36,480 bases of DNA. It comes from Burkholderiales bacterium. Lineage in GTDB: Bacteria; Pseudomonadota; Gammaproteobacteria; Burkholderiales; SG8-41. The notes beneath the pieces are model-generated. The model was not told the DNA's origin and did not search any database. It worked only from the letters and a program-made list of their open reading frames with translations. Location of the stretch: positions 1 through 36,480 of the forward strand of contig JBILYA010000001.1 in NCBI GenBank assembly GCA_044378065.1, written 5' to 3'. Positions within the stretch are counted from its first letter, which is position 1. The number at the start of each line of letters is the position of its first letter. The position numbers were made by a program, and so were the translations under genes. Of the stretch, positions 35,107-36,480 are shown in pieces.

Positions 35107-36087
35107 TTGAATAATATCAAGTATTTAGCTTCTATCGTCCTGCTGGGTGTTTTGACAGTCGGAACGGCCCTGGCGCAGACCGCGGCCAACTTTCCGAACA
35201 AGCCCGTGCGTTTCATCGCCCCCTTCCCGCCGGGCGGCAGCACCGACACGCTGGCGCGACTGGTCTCCTTGCGGCTTTCCGAGATGTGGGGTCAACAGGT
35301 CGCCGTTGAAAACCGCGGCGGCGCCGGCGGCACTATCGGTGTCGAACTGGCGGCGCGCGCAGCGCCCGACGGTTACACCATCGTCATGGGCCATGTCGGC
35401 ACCTTCGGTTTCAATCCGACGCTGTATCCCAAACTGCCATACGACGCGATCAAGGATTTCGCGCCGATCACCATCCTTGCGACAGTGCCCAACGGCATGG
35501 CGGTGCATCCGTCACTGCCGGTCAAAACCGCGCGCGACTTTGTCGCTCTTGCTAAGTCCAAACCGGGTGAGCTGCTGTATGCCTCAGGCGGCAGCGGCAG
35601 CGCCTCGCATCTGGCCGGCGAATATTTCCGCCTGCTCACCAAGATCAATATGGTGCACGTACCGTACAAAGGCACCGGGCCGGCAATGATCAGCATGATT
35701 TCCGGACAGACCACGATGACCATCACCGGCATGGTCGCCCTGATGCCGCACGTCAAATCGAATCGCCTCAAACTGCTCGGTGTAGCGACGATGAAACGTC
35801 TCGCGATCCTGCCGGACGTGCCCACCATCAACGAAAGCGGCGTTCCGGGTTATGACGCCAATCAATGGTACGGCGTGCTGACGCAGGCAGCCGTGCCCCG
35901 CGACATCGTCGCCAAGCTGCATGCGGATATCGTCAAGGTACTGGCGCGGCCGGACATCAGGGAACGCCTCGCCGCCGACGGCGCAGAACCCGTCGCCAAT
36001 ACGCCCGATCAGTTCGCCGCGCACATCAAATCGGAGATTGCGCGCTGGGCACCGGTAGTCAAAGCCTCGGGCGCCAAACCGGACTGA
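35107..36087 (+). CDS. Bug-family (TctC-like) substrate-binding protein, copy 4
   Basis: 326 aa with a TTG start at 35107 and the SD AAGGAG 6 nt upstream. There is no nearby in-frame ATG. It has a signal peptide (IVLLGVLTVGTALAQ) and the motifs FPNKPVRFIAPFPPGGSTDT, ENRGGAGG and HVPYKG. Confidence 0.9.
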   Translation: MNNIKYLASIVLLGVLTVGTALAQTAANFPNKPVRFIAPFPPGGSTDTLARLVSLRLSEMWGQQVAVENRGGAGGTIGVELAARAAPDGYTIVMGHVGTFGFNPTLYPKLPYDAIKDFAPITILATVPNGMAVHPSLPVKTARDFVALAKSKPGELLYASGGSGSASHLAGEYFRLLTKINMVHVPYKGTGPAMISMISGQTTMTITGMVALMPHVKSNRLKLLGVATMKRLAILPDVPTINESGVPGYDANQWYGVLTQAAVPRDIVAKLHADIVKVLARPDIRERLAADGAEPVANTPDQFAAHIKSEIARWAPVVKASGAKPD

Positions 36088-36162
36088 GCACTTCCGTTTT
36101 CACGTTTTCATTGTCATTTTCATTCGAACATCATCAAACGCAGCAAACCACTGGAGACCGTC

Positions 36163-36480
36163 ATGCCTTCGTTCGTTCGTCACTCGCTGTTGACTCTGTC
36201 ACTGACCGCCCTGCTGATTGCCCCGGCCCATGCGCAAAACACCGGCGCTGAATTCAAGCCGCAGGTCGGCCAGGCCGGCAAGGATGTGATCTGGGTACCG
36301 ACCCCGAAGAGCCTGGTCGAAAAAATGCTGAAAATGGCCGACGTCAAACCCACGGATGTCGTGTTCGATCTCGGTTCGGGTGACGGCATCACGGTGATTA
36401 CCGCTGCCAAGCAGTTCGGCGTGCGCGCCACCGGCATTGAATACAACCCGGACATGGTGGAGCTGTCGAAGCGCAACGCA
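36163..36480 (+). CDS. class I SAM-dependent methyltransferase with N-terminal signal-peptide-like segment; 3' end lies outside the window (not in the ORF track)
   Basis: My manual translation from ATG 36163 (SD GGAGA 5 nt upstream) gives MPSFVRHSLLTLSLTALLIAPAHAQNTGAEFKPQVGQAGKDVIWVPTPKSLVEKMLKMADVKPTDVVFDLGSGDGITVITAAKQFGVRATGIEYNPDMVELSKRNA. The SAM motif I is VFDLGSGDG and post-I is GIEYNP. The frame is open to the window end. Confidence 0.75.
   Translation, partial: MPSFVRHSLLTLSLTALLIAPAHAQNTGAEFKPQVGQAGKDVIWVPTPKSLVEKMLKMADVKPTDVVFDLGSGDGITVITAAKQFGVRATGIEYNPDMVELSKRNA

Noticed and set aside
1-36480. Scan for CRISPR arrays, IS elements or transposases, integrases, prophage genes, toxin-antitoxin pairs, restriction-modification or other defence genes, and rRNA/tRNA genes
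   Set aside because: I found no spaced direct-repeat arrays, no transposase or integrase-like ORFs and no inverted terminal repeat pairs. The two simple terminator hairpins are the only exception. I saw no structured RNA genes by eye. The novelty here, if any, is metabolic rather than mobile or defensive.

Overview
GC-rich proteobacterial chromosome segment. The four Bug/TctC-type periplasmic receptors suggest a betaproteobacterium, but the taxon cannot be fixed from sequence alone. I support about 36 protein genes. I saw no rRNA, tRNA, CRISPR array, transposase, integrase, phage or obvious defence genes. Housekeeping blocks are hemY-hemX-hemD-hemC, algZ-algR, argH, grxD, and prmC-prfA-hemA. 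Four accessory modules lie between them. (i) A five-gene operon encodes an SHP/DUF1924-type cytochrome c, a diheme cytochrome c, a cytochrome b561 and an OmpR-type response regulator plus sensor kinase. (ii) A LacI-family regulator and an xsc-like ThDP desulfonating enzyme lie divergent from a ~970-aa FAD/Fe-S (YdiJ/GlcD-GlcF-like) dehydrogenase and a TauE/SafE exporter. (iii) A prpB-like lyase, a D-2-hydroxyacid dehydrogenase and a 56-aa rubredoxin (absent from the ORF track) form one operon. (iv) An IclR regulator heads a ~10 kb co-directional cluster with four Bug receptors, two family III CoA-transferases, a CitE/HpcH-like acyl-CoA lyase, a double-hotdog MaoC-like hydratase and an embedded intradiol ring-cleavage dioxygenase. 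Module (iv) is my best candidate for an undescribed catabolic system, possibly together with (iii). Module (ii) is the second candidate. All family assignments rest on motifs read by eye and on recalled family knowledge. No database search was run.
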